A program made the translations under genes and the position numbers. Positions 1-13,200 of a DNA stretch of 64,000 nt are shown here, one piece after another. The stretch spans positions 41,850,001-41,914,000 of the forward strand of contig OZ241831.1 of NCBI GenBank assembly GCA_965202585.1, given 5' to 3'. Below the pieces are notes generated by a model. That model did not search any database. It worked only from the letters and a program-made list of their open reading frames with translations, and was not told the origin of the DNA. Position 1 is the stretch's first letter, and each line of letters begins with the position of its first letter. Origin of the DNA: Thalia democratica. Lineage: Eukaryota.

Positions 1-2671
1 AACTGTTTTTTGAAACTTGTCAATTACGTTTATAAGTTATGCGCTATGTGTCTTTCTATTCCGTTGATACATTGATTATCTGTTACACATTTCTGTTTGC
101 AAAATTCCTCCTGTGTTTAGTTTTGTCAGTAATAAGGCTCAAAAATAAATTTTGTTGGTTATAATTCAATTTATAAGTTACAAAACTAAACTACTTTAAA
201 TATTAATTTATAGAAATTAAATAAAATTAAGTAAAATGATAGCCAATCAGAAACGTCTTAGATCTGCAGCTGCTGACAGTGTAAATGCACAAAATGTTGA
301 CAGAGAAATAAAAAGTTTAGATAAAATCAAAACATTTAAGCAAGCAAACGCGCAGCCCACCCATGCGGATGAAGCCAGCAAGTGAAGCAACAGTAGCAGG
401 CCAAGTAGCAGCAACACGAAAACTAAAGCATGTCAGCTAGAAGTTGAAGATACAATGTTAGCGACACGAGCTAGCAAGCGCGCTTGTAGTAAGAAGTAGT
501 AGTTGAGAAGCAAGTAAATATGTAGTCTACAATCATTATATGTTAAATCAATGAGTTTTTCTTTAAAATGTTTTATGTGTAATGCACATTTTTTTAGTGT
601 TAAAAAAAGGCTTAAACTAAAAACTAAACATTGTTGGTTTTTGGTGTTATAAGTTGAAATAGTATATTTTCTATAGTTTTAAAATAAATAAACAAGTATA
701 TTCAATTAGTGTTTTATTTTACTTGTTTTTTTAGCTCTAACAAAGATGTTTGAAGCTTGTGTTTAGACAAACCGATGTGTAAAATATTTATAAACTCATT
801 TACTTTACTTATATCATTTAGATATATTTACATTTAAAGCAAACCGTTCAAAAACTAAGAGGAATGTAAAATAAAATAACAAAGAAGTCTTTTTAATTAT
901 TATTTTCAAATTAGGTGAATACTTTATATAACAAATCAATTCATATAGAGTAGAGTAGAAAATAGATTTCATTTACTTATATCGTATTTTTCTTTAAACT
1001 TAACTAGTAAGTTGCGTTTGTACAGATATTATTACAAAAAGTGTATACGTTTTTTAGCCCAGAAACTTGTGAATTACATGTTTTTAAATGAAACAATGTA
1101 AACAATAAAAGTGTGTAAGTAAATGTTGTTTTAAACAATTTTAAGTACAATACATTAATATATATTTGTGTATATTCACGTTTAGTGGTTTTAATGTTTT
1201 AAATGTTCTATAAAATATAAATTTCATTTAAGTAATAATCAAATTTAAATATATCTAACAAATTTGCACTTGCATCCTTTTAACTTTCTTATAATGCCTA
1301 GCGATAGCCTACAACACTTGTCAAAATAAATCTGTTCTAGTATGGTTTTCTTACTCTTTTTCTTAAACGAGAGCCATTTTAAATTAAGTTTAACTAAATT
1401 TAGCTGATTTAAAAGTTTTTTTTTTGACCTTAGTTTGTTTTGATTATAATCTTGCTAATTTTAACATAAGTAACTTAAGTATTAACAGCCACACGAACTT
1501 TGCTATATGTGGAAATTATATGATGCCTAATTGCCTACTTTTATTATTCTAACTCTACGTTACGCTTTACTGTTTTTAATTGCCAGTTACGGAGATAGAA
1601 AATATTTATTCCTATCAAAATTGTGCTTTATAAATTCTGTATTACTTTTAACAGTGCTTATAACAACTTCTAATTTAGTAAATATTTTAATAATATTAAT
1701 TTTGTAAATATTTTGTTTTATTCAACAAATTATGACGAACATACTCTTTTTTGTCAAAACTTTTAACATTACAAATTTTACCGAAAACTAATAATACTGA
1801 ATTGAAACCTACTATAGCTATTTAGTTTCTAGTCAAAACAAAAACCTAGCCTAAGTGTTAAATAGATTTGTTAAATACATAGGCAATTAAAAAAATATTT
1901 TAAAAAATGCTATTATGTTTTGCTTGTACGTTGAGTAAACTTTATTTATTGTTTACTTGAATCGTCGAAAAGTTTACGCTTGAATGATTTTGTTTAGTTG
2001 CTTCAAACTAGGGTATTTTGTGATGAAGAGACCTATCTACTACATTAGCCCTATAGTAAACATAAATCTAAATAATTCCTAAAGTTTAATAAATTGCACA
2101 TCTCCTATCAGCAGATAACTGTGGATTTACTTTCTTTGACATTTTATAAAGTTGTTACATAGTTTTAAAACGATGTTCATATTAATAAAAAACTTTAATT
2201 ATTATGAAGATAAGTTGGTCAAAATTTAATTTAAAAATTTTTTAAAGAAAGAAAGAAAAATGTGAACGCTCACAACTAATATCAAGGGATTGGTGTGGAG
2301 AAAAACCTTTATGTCATCAAGCTGCAAAACATTTGCTTATAACTTGTACTTAAAGCTAACTTTAAAACAATATTAAAAAATATATAACTAAAAAACAAAA
2401 AACTTAATAAGTAGTTATATAAAGATTGATAAAAATAGAATTTAGTTTAAAAATGGTTGGCATCCTTATTTAACACATTACATTACATGGAAACCATAGT
2501 CTATCATTGGCTCCACACTGTCTCCTCCTAGACTTTGATTTTCTATGTTCATTTGCATTCACATTTTTCTTGTTGCCCTTTCTACAAAAGCAAGCACAAA
2601 GTTTTTAAGACTGTTGTTATTATGTAAATAACTATTATTTAGCAATTAGATTAAGAAATAAAAATGTAACA

Positions 2672-2990
2672 ACGTAGCCAAAAATCTTAGAAACTTGGAA
2701 AAACCTGGAATTTGACAAAAGAAACTTGAAATGTTCATACAGAAATCACTTATAAACCTGATTTTTTGAAAATTTTTATAGATGGTAAATAATGAAATTT
2801 TATTTAGATACAAAAAATTTCTCATGTTAAAAAATATATCATTATTATTATTTTATCAGAAAACACATTCAAAGCAGCTTCACAATGTATTTTCGATGTT
2901 GATATACTTTTTAAGACATTTATCTGCTTTAAATTAGATTTTCCATAAAATGACCCTAAAACTATTCTTATTTTTAAAAAACATGTAAGA
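2672..2990. mobile_element. MITE family A, degenerate copy without clear TIRs
   Basis: AAAAACCTGGAATTTGACAA and AAAACACATTCAAAGCAGCTTCACAATGTATTTTC match the family A body. Confidence 0.45.
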
Positions 2991-3214
2991 AACTAAATGT
3001 AAATGTTCACAAATATGGTCCAACGGGTTTGTGCAAAGAAATAATAAATTACTTAATAATTAAGTAATAAATTTTAAGGTAATTAACTACCATAAAGTGT
3101 ACTGTAAAATTTATTTGAATATTTCTTGTAAAAGAAGTATGTGTGACTCAGTGAGGTCATAATGGAAGTATTAGAAAATAACAGTTGAGCATATTAAGGT
3201 TGAAACCCACTAGT

Positions 3215-3850
3215 TAAGGGCATAAAGAGGTAAAAAACTTTTTTTTTAAATTTAGTTTTTTTGTTACATAGTTAGATAAACAACTTCTTACTTTTTATGG
3301 CATGTTAAAATGCAAAATAACTAAAGGTGATAAAAATTAAAGTGTTCAATAGGCTTTTTATGGATGACACAAAATAAAAGGGCAAAAATAGACTATTTCA
3401 CTAAAAATATATCTCCTCCTTCAGTTTTAAAGCAATTGTTCTAAAACTTTTAAAAAGAGTATTAAATGAATTTTAAATAACTTGTATAAAACAGATTTTT
3501 AATTTTGTAAAAAAATTATAAAAATAAAAATAAACAAAGCTAAATGATTTTTTAAAATTTTGGTCATAGATTTTTTTCAAAAATAAACATTTTTTTACAA
3601 GTTGTTTGTAAAATAAAAGTACATTTCCTGAAAGTTTGAATTAAGTTACACTAAAAACGAAAGAGGAGATAAATTTTTCAAAATTTGGAGAAAATTGGAC
3701 TTCAAAGTTTTTGATTCCATACTATTTCATTGGATTTTTTTTTACAAAACTTGTTATATCTTAAAATTTAAAGAATTTTTTATTTTAAACTTTGAAATAA
3801 GAGCCAATGTTAATCTTTGTAAAAAAATTGTTTACTCCCCTATGCCCTTA
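3215..3850. mobile_element. MITE family B (termini TA-AGGGCATA...TATGCCCT-TA)
   Basis: Terminal inverted repeats and an internal inverted pair (TCACTAAAAATATATCTCCTCCTTCA / GAAAGAGGAGATAAATTTTT); homologous to 33813-34485 and 59441-60133. Confidence 0.8.
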
Positions 3851-6800
3851 GAACGTTCAAAAAAAAAGCGTTTAGTTCTATAAAATATTATAACACAAAA
3901 TTATAGTCTCCTAATGTTTTTAGTTACTATGTGGTGTTGGAGGGTTTATAATACCAATATAAAACCAAAAAGAATAGTTTATTAATAGATAGACATTATT
4001 CTAATTAGTAAATGGTTAGATACCAACTGGGTAGAAAGTTTGTTTGATAATAATGAAATTTAGTCAAAATTAGAGAATAGCTGATTAGAATTTACTTTAG
4101 TTTTTGTAAATACTTTTTTTGTAAACGTGTCAAGTTCAGGCTTTGATCAATGAACTTCTTATAAATTGACAGTTCTGGCATAACACTAGAACCTAATTTT
4201 AGCAAATTTACTGTATATATAAAGTTTTAGAACTTGTGTTTATAATTTAAGAAATCACTATTTTATATAATTTAAATTTAAATTCAATTTATAAAAAAAA
4301 GGAAAGCATTGTTCTTAATAGAGTGTACTTAAAGTAAAATTAGACTGTTGTTGAGTCATTAATACTGAACATATCAGCTTAAACTTTGGATGCTGTAAAA
4401 GTAAGGTTATCAATAGTACAAATGCAAACTTTCATACACAGTGGGCTGGCAGGTGGTCATTGACCATTTATTGACTAAAAAATTAAATCGAGAGATTTAT
4501 TTGGTTGTTTAAAGCTGGGATTCCCCTTTAAAACACTGGGTTTGTTTCGATTCTGCTTTAAATATATTATGAGTTATAAAAGCTTAACTGTAGCAAATAT
4601 TGCTGTTTTTAAGTGTGAAAATAATTTAAAAAACCTCAAACTTATGTCAAAATTAAGGTCTATCTACAGCAACTGCTAAAAAATACCTTACAGCTTTTTT
4701 ACAAAAAAAATTCTTAGGTTTTTTTCTTTCTTTGGTTTATTGTTGATTAAACAAAGTTAGAATTTAAAAAATATTATAATATAAATCTATTAATTTTCAT
4801 TTAAAACAACTGCTATTCTTTTGAAAATTTCATTAGTATTATATAGGGCATTTTTAAGAGAGAATATCTCAGTTTCTTAGTGCTGAAATATTTTTTTTTT
4901 ATGTGTCAGCAAATATAACAAGTATACTATTTACAAATTTATTAAAAAGTCTTTTATTAGGCATTAACTACTTTTTAAGTTTATACAAGTAATATTTTGA
5001 TACCTATTTAATTTTTTATAAAAAAAAGAAAACATCAGTTTTTAAAAACAAAAAAAAGTTTTTTTAATAATTTTAAATAACTTATTGTATTTTAAGATAC
5101 AAATAAGTCTCACCACATGTATTTTTCTGTAACTTTCTGTTTGCAATTTTTGACAATAACTGTTAAAGAATTTGGAGTAGTTTTTAAAATGTAAAAGGTA
5201 AACACTGGATGGATTTTAAACTTACAACGTTTGTTTAATACTTGAAGCAGAAAAAAAAAACAATTTGAAACAATGAAATCGAGTTCTGTCTGAGAATGTT
5301 TAGCACTTAGTATAATTTTCTTTTCAGCAAAATTATTTCATTTAAATCAATGGCTACTTGACCCTGTATTCAGCCCACTGTGAACTATATGCGCAGTAGC
5401 TTTTAAGATGGTTATATGTTTAGCTAAAAGCACATATTTGTCATATTAACTGTTTGTGTACTGTAATTTTTATTGCTGTAAAATCAAAACTTTTTTGAGT
5501 TATGTATATGAGTTTTTATAGTTGTCACTGTGGTAATTTGTTAATTTTTTTAATTCAGAACTCTATTTCCATCAAAAGTACATATAGAATTCTTATTGGA
5601 AAGTAGTAAGAGGAAATAAATCACTGTGTTCATTTTAACAAAATTATTTATTTTGTTTTGTTGTAATTACTGAATTGATTGACTTGAAACCAAGATATTG
5701 TAACATAATAGTTTCAAATAGTGTGTATGCAAATTTTTATAGCTACAATGTGCAGTAGGGTGCCTATTAAATGCAACCGTTGAGTTTTTAGCTGGAAGTT
5801 GTTTTACATGTGGCAACTAATTTAAAAACAAGTTGTGCTAAGTTTAAGACATCATAAATAAAGTTTCATGGGTTTTTTTCGATTTATGGTAGTTTTTATC
5901 ATTTTTAATTAGTTTTAAGTTTTTTTGAAAAAACTGAGATGTGCCTCAATAAAACTTTCCTCTTAAATTCTGCACAAATTTTTTTTTGTGATGTTTACTT
6001 TAATGTGATCTTATAAAAGACATTTAAAATCAATGTTTTATTCAGCTGCAAACACTTTAACTAAAATGTTATAAACATTTTTTTATTACAGTAGTCAAAG
6101 TAAGTTGTTTGGTTTACTTAAATAACTTGTGATGCATTACTAATTACCCAGTGATAATTTGCTTGAAATTAAGCACTTTTGGTTTGGAAAAGTTTAAAAT
6201 AAACTGATGAAATTGATTCTTTAAATTATTTGTGCTCCTATACTAGTGCTGAGAAGAAAAGTTTACTTAAAAAACCTGTGATCATATATTCATAATAAAC
6301 TTAAACTTATAAATTGTGTAATGATGATAACATTTGCTGTACTGTTGTATTGAACTTTCAATATCTTAGTATTTTATTTTCAAAACAATGTTTCACTCAG
6401 TAAAGAGATCATCAGTTAATGTTACTTGTAAACTTAGTTTGAATAAAATAGTTTTATTCTGTTAGTTTTGTCTTTACTCATCTTCTATTGGTATTTGATT
6501 TACAAAGGTGTAAAAAAAAGTAAAAGTCTTAGGTAGGTATTTTAAAACATTTTCTTGTATTCTTACTCATGCTAGTTTTTGGCCATTCATGTTGATCTTA
6601 AAAGACTCTAATTAGACTTTTTGCTTTAAATGAATTGAATTAAAAGAACTAATTGTGAATATAAAGTATCAGTATTTTGAAGTTAAAGTAGCTGTAAATT
6701 AATTTAGTTAGAAGAATTAAAATATATTAAACTAAGATTCAAAAATGCTAATTAAATTAACAAAAATAAACCATTTATTTAATAACCATGACTTATTTTA

Positions 6801-7276
6801 ACAACATTTTTTCTCCATAACTTTGTAGTGGAATTAAAAATATACGAGTGTTCTAATAAGACATGGTGTACTTATTACTTATTGAAAGTCTACAATTTAT
6901 AGGCTTTTAATTAAAATATATAGAGGTTGTGTAATCCAATTCTAGTGTTATATTTTAAAATAATTACAGTTTGATGAGTACATTATAAGGCTAGTTTTAA
7001 ATTTTCTTCTTCTAATACCTTTTAAGTTGCATTGTCCCATTGAAATGTCATTTTGCAAGCATTTTCTAAAATTCATTTGTATTTTAACAAAACTACATAC
7101 AAACTATATTAGAAACATACTTGAAATAGTTTATTAAATATTGCTAAAAGTATTATTTTCTTTCACTTATATTAAAGTTTAAATTTTATTGTATTAAAAT
7201 ATGTATATATATATCTAGAGTTGTAAAACATATTGAATGAAGGTTTACTTTTTACTTCATTGAAATACAAGAAAGA

Positions 7277-10200
7277 ATGAGCAAAGCTCGCTTTATATCA
7301 GATACTAAATTATCAAAGAAGATAAACTCAAAACTCAATATATTTCCTGATGTCTATCCGCAGGTTACCATTTATGATGTATTTAACTTATAAAACTTAC
7401 TTTTTTTGTAAAAAACTTATGGAGTTGTCTTAAGTTTTATAAATGTTTTTTTTTTATTTGTAATTTCATATTTTTTTTGATATTGAATTCTGTTCAATTT
7501 ATGTTTTTGTTTTAGTTGAAATATCTATTAGGACAAAGCATAATGTATGCTACAAAATACTTAATCATTTTATGTCAAACTTTCAAATTTATTTGCTTTA
7601 TTAAACATTACGCAGGAGTATAAGCAAAAAGAAGATGAACTAACATCAGTCAATGTCAAACAAGGTTTTTTGAACCAAACTCTCAAAGACATAAAAGATG
7701 CTCAAAAGAACAGCCAAAGCTTGCATGATAACAATTACTTGAAAAAACCAACTGTGACGGCTAATAGGGAGAAGGTTTGACATTTTATTTTGATAAATGA
7801 GCATTGAAAATAGCTGTAGTACTTTTTAATGTTGATCAATTAAGCTTAACTTTATTCTTTACTTTTTATAAAATTTAATAAAAATATTCAATGGATATGA
7901 GTAGTTTTAAGTGCCAATTTTTGTTTGATTTTAAGAGATTTAAACTTTACGTTTAAATACTTTTAAATTAATGTTTTCTAAGAATTTAATTTATTTTACA
8001 TATCCTTAAATTATAACTGTTATAAACATAGTTTTCGTTAACTAAGTCTTCAAAATATTTATTATTTTATGGTTTTGCTTGTTGCTAAAATTATATGTCC
8101 CGTAAAATATCACATTTTCTTTTAAATGTTTTAGTTAAACAACTTTTATTGTCTTAGACTACTTAATTTCTTGAAGTCTTTACAGAACCAACAAAAAAAA
8201 AGTAAAAAAAAAAATGTTTGTTTTAAAATAAAGAACAATTACTACTATCTGTATTATATCAATTAAATGAAAATTTTATATGCTTTATGTTATCTTTATT
8301 TATTTTGTGAATTGAGATATTATTGTATTAGAACTATATCCTTTAATTCTTGAACTCCTACTATAAACTGAGAAATATATTTCATAAATACTTGAAAATT
8401 GTCAAGTGTATTATTTATTGTGAAAATCTTTGAAGTTTATTTTATTAATTATTTTTACTATAATTTAAAATAGGAATTCCACAACTAATTTTTGATAGTT
8501 GCCAGTTCTTAAAAGTTAATATATATGACACTTTAGTTTTAGTTTTACAACTTAATCTTCATTTGTAGAGTTTTAATTAAGCTCTAAGTCGTTTTTACAG
8601 CTGTTGAACATTCAAACTAATTTTTGAGGTATAGGCGGCTAAAGTCAGAGTAAACAATTAGTTCCTTAAGTGAGAAAAATAAAACAATGAATAAAAAAAT
8701 CACTAAGAATATATCTTTTGTTACGTTTTTTAATTTAAAATACCTCAAGCTTTCACGACTTCTTCTTTTTAGTTTTACAAACAACTTGTAAAGAACAGAT
8801 TATTAGCAAAACGTTTAAAAAAATTCTATGATAAAGAATTAAACACTCTTTTTGTTTATTTTCCAAATAAAAATATAAATCAAAAGATCTGTTTCCTAAA
8901 AGCTTTACTAATTTTATAAGCATTATATTAGTTTAAAAGTAATATCTCAAGAACTGAAAGAGGAAACATGTTTTTAATTTTTGCCCTTTAGTTTGCACCT
9001 CCCAACAGAACATGTAGGAACTCTAGAACTATATAACTTTGATCACTTCTATCTCAAAACTACTATATACTTAAAATCTTAACAAACAGTAATAAGTAAC
9101 TGGCTGTTAAGTAATTTATGTAAAAAAAAAGACTAAAAAAGTTTACCCTTTTCCTATTCCCTTAAATAAAAAGAGCTAAAATTTAGTTAAAAAAAAACTT
9201 ATACATATTATATATTGTAATGATATTTATATGTAGCTTATTGCAGTAACATTTTATTGTAAGTTTTATGAAAAAAAAAGAAAAAGTTGTAAAACATCTT
9301 ATTTTCTAAAGTTTATGTAAATTTTATAGCCATTTTTAACACAAGATAACAGCTAGGTATACTTCAAACAAATAAAATTAAGTATGAGTTTAAATTTGTT
9401 TCAAACAAATGTTGTTACTTCTTAGAGTATTGATATAATAATTTTAAATGCATTTAGATATAGTCTGTTTATTTTTATAAATTTTGATTAAAAATGGTAA
9501 TCAATTAAGTCATAGGGTATACAAAAACCAACAATTTTTGACTGCAAAATTAAAGCTTTGATAATAAATTGTGGGGTAAGCATTTTTTTGATGATAAACA
9601 GAACACCGATGCATATTTTACTAAGTTATAACATGATTTCTTTTTGCTTTGGTTAGGCACATAAAACACAAACAACTAAATAAGTTTTATTATACACCAA
9701 CAAACTTGATTTGTCCTGATAAAACATCATTGATAACCACAATTAAGAAATTTTTTAGTGTATTTTATATTTAACAGATTAAGAAAAGTTTTGAAAAAAT
9801 ACTCAACAACAAAAAGAATAAACTTGGATATGCAACTGGTAATGGTAAAAAGCGCCCGTCTATTAACAAAGAATGTTTTTTCAACTTGAAAAACAGAAGT
9901 CAATTCGAAGCAGTATTTGTCGAGCTTGCTGGCAGTAAGCCTCTTCAAGATACTCGAAAAGTTCCAATAATGGTTAAAAAGGATGATATATTCTATGTAA
10001 GTTGTCAATGTTTCATAAAGTTTTTATTTTTTATTTATTTATTATTTAGGTTAATACTAAAAATCTAGAAGGTATGTTTTTTAAATTTACACTTTTAATT
10101 GAAACTTTTAGACTTTTTCTAAACAATTGTTAATGCTTAATAGTGAGTATGACAAAGGGAGAAAAAAAACTTTTTAAAATTATGGTACCAGAACTGCTAA

Positions 10201-13200
10201 ATTCTTAAAACTTCATAATAAAAAATGTTATGGTTTTAAAGTTATTTTTACAATTTAAAAATGTCTTGTTAAAGAATCTTGTTCTATGAAAATTGTTTAT
10301 TAAAATAAGCAAAATGATGTAATGTTTGTTATTTAAACTTATATCTTTTCATTTAAGGTTTATTTAACGTTATTATTAAGGGTGTAGAAATGTTTGTGTT
10401 CTTCAATCAATGCAACACTTACTTGTAGATTTTTGAACTTTTTTTTGTATCTTTTTGTTTAAATGTTAAAAAGTTTAACTCATACTCTCAAGGTTTTAAA
10501 AGCAAGAGAAAATATATTAAAATGTATAGAAGTTAAAATAGCACCCTACATCATCAAGTTTACAATAAAGTAAACTGATAGTTTAAAACTTATGATTTTT
10601 CTATACTAAAGTTGATAGTTTAACTTAACAAAACTGTTATATAAACTTTGTCATTTTAATTACAAAAGTAATTGTTTGAATAAAAAATGACCAAAAATTT
10701 ACCTGTCATAATTATAGATGTCCTGTTATTTTTTCTTTTCTAATTTATGTCATTTAACTGTATTTGTGTAATAAAACCGTCAGTAAATAATCACTTGTAT
10801 TTATTTAACTTCAACAGGCATTAGCCGAGTATAAAGTGCCACTGGTGAGAGCAACGTGGTTCATCAAAATGCAAGCTGCACACAATTTAGTGCAACAAGA
10901 AGTCAGCAAGCCGAAAAAGCGACCAAATTTCGATCCGTACACAGGTGATTTGACGTTAATACTAATTTTTTTTTTTTTTTTAACTCAACTATTGTAAATA
11001 AAATTTATAATGAATATCTGTATACTTGATAATAAAAAAAGGTTGTAAAAGTATTGCAAAACTCAATTATTGACAACTCACCTGAAACTAAATAAATATA
11101 TTTAATTTTATTTAAAAATATGTAAATATTTTATTTATTTAGTCATTGTCAATTCTATTTAAAATAAACAGGGTTGCCAAAAAACCTGAAATCCTAGAAA
11201 ACCTAAAATTGAGAAATTTTGAAAACCCTATAATTTTGACCAAAATTAATTAAAAAACCTGGAAAAACCAGGAGTTTTAACCAATTTTTAAATGATAAGT
11301 AGTAAAATTTTGATTTGACTCAATAAGTCTATCGTATGGATAATTTTTTTTTGTCATCATCAAGTTTTTTTAATTAAAATTACAATTAAATAATTTTTGA
11401 GATATCTATTCAATACCATTATACTATTTAGCACAGTTTTTACATTAAGCTTAATTTTAAACTGAAAATAGAACCTAAAACGTTTTAAACCTTGAAAGAA
11501 ATTTTGAAAACCTGGGGAAAAATTAGCCAAAACATTTGGCAACCCTCAATAAATAAATATATGATAATTTAGTTATCAAAAAATTGTAAACATTGTTTAA
11601 AACTTGATCAATGTGAAATAAGTGAAATTAAAACATTCATTTAACTTTAAAACAGAAAATAAATGATTTAACTAACAAAAACAAGGTATTTTAATAGAAG
11701 AAAAAAAAGTTCCCAAGAAAACGTTTCACTGACAACAATTTATTCTAACATTTTAACAAGGTATTTTAATAGAAGAAAAAAAATACAAACGTTTCACTGA
11801 CACAGCACCGTTGCTTTTATCGTCCTCGAAGTCGCAACAGCTTTTATTTTCTCCTTTACCACCGCAGAGTGGACGCAAGCGATCACGAGATTCATGAGGG
11901 AGCAGCTGCAGAACCTGAACAAGGGGAACCCCCTGCCGCACCCCAGCGCCCCCAGCGGCTGGAGCCCTCAGAGGAGCTCAGAGGCGCTCCAGCCGAGCGA
12001 CAGCGTGTGCGCGGTGGCGACGACGTTCCACCAGCAGAAGCAGCTGAGCCGGCAGAGCGTGGAGAGGATCGTCTGCTACGTGAACAAGCTCGCCTGCCAC
12101 ATGTACGTCGAAGTGAGTGGACTGTATTTCGTTGATGTGTTTGATGAATAATTTGAGGATTAAAGTAGCTTGCTGGAAATGAAAGTTTAACATGTGTGTT
12201 TGAGGGAAAACTAAATTCAATGTAGTTTTCAAAATGTTTAACTTTTTTAATACTTTTAAAATCAAAACCTTATATGTTTTAAGCACAATTTATTTCAAAC
12301 ATAATTTTAATAATAATTAGTCTATGAATATATTAGTTAGCCTTTTTAGGTTTACTATCTTTTACATTGCTCTATTTACATACAATTTGTAAGAAAAACA
12401 ATGGTTCAAAAAAAGTTTAAACAGTGTTATAGACCTCCAATTTTGTTCATTCAGTTGTTGCGTATAGAGTTAAAAAAAAGTATGAAAACGTTCAAAAAAT
12501 CATTCAAACCAGGGCTTGTTGGATCGGCACGAGTTCCTGTCGTGGGTGGTGGAGGAGATGAGCCAGATAAGGCTGTACGACGTGCACGCGCTCTCCAACT
12601 TCTCGTCTTTCGTGCTGATGTACAACAACGAGGTCCTTCAGAACCAGCTGCTGGCCAGGAAGTTCATGTTCGCCGCCTGCCACCACCTCAGGTGGATATT
12701 CGCGGAAGACAACCCGTCAGTGTTTTGTCGTTTGGTTTTAGTTTTTATTTGTTATTTTTGGATATATGTGTATATGTGGTATAAAACGTTTTTGAGCTAT
12801 CAGGTTGAGGCTATGAAACTGAAACCGTATTTTAAAACTTGAAGTATAATTAATTCTCAAATTTTTTATTATTGTTAATAAAAGCTCTTATATTGCTGAA
12901 TGGATTGTTTAGTATTATATAAAGCTACATATTTGCAATGGATTTTCGTTTAGTAGATACCGTTTTAAACTCTACTTGTGTTTTTATACCATTTGTATTG
13001 ATAATAAGCATTTAAAAAAATATTTTTTGACATATATATTAAATAATTTATTCAAAGTCACTAGAGACTTTAGTTAAACTCAGACCTTCAAACCGTCAGT
13101 TAACAAGCTCTATAACTAAGCATATATAATGTTATAAAATATGATTCTGTTATACAAATAAAGGTTTATACCAAAAACGTTTGTTCACAGAAGCAGCACT

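Noticed and set aside
2440-2600. Possible minus-strand exon (MNIENQSLGGDSVEPMIDYGFH or KGNKKNVNANEHRKSK..) of a gene divergent from MED12
   Set aside because: No recognisable homology, and I could not build a phase-consistent downstream exon chain.
5755-6050. TAGGGTGCC.. Tc1-like MITE start
   Set aside because: No matching second TIR was found.
11680-11802. Local duplication of about 50 bp (period 75) upstream of MED12 exon 5
   Set aside because: An ordinary small intronic tandem duplication with no sign of function.
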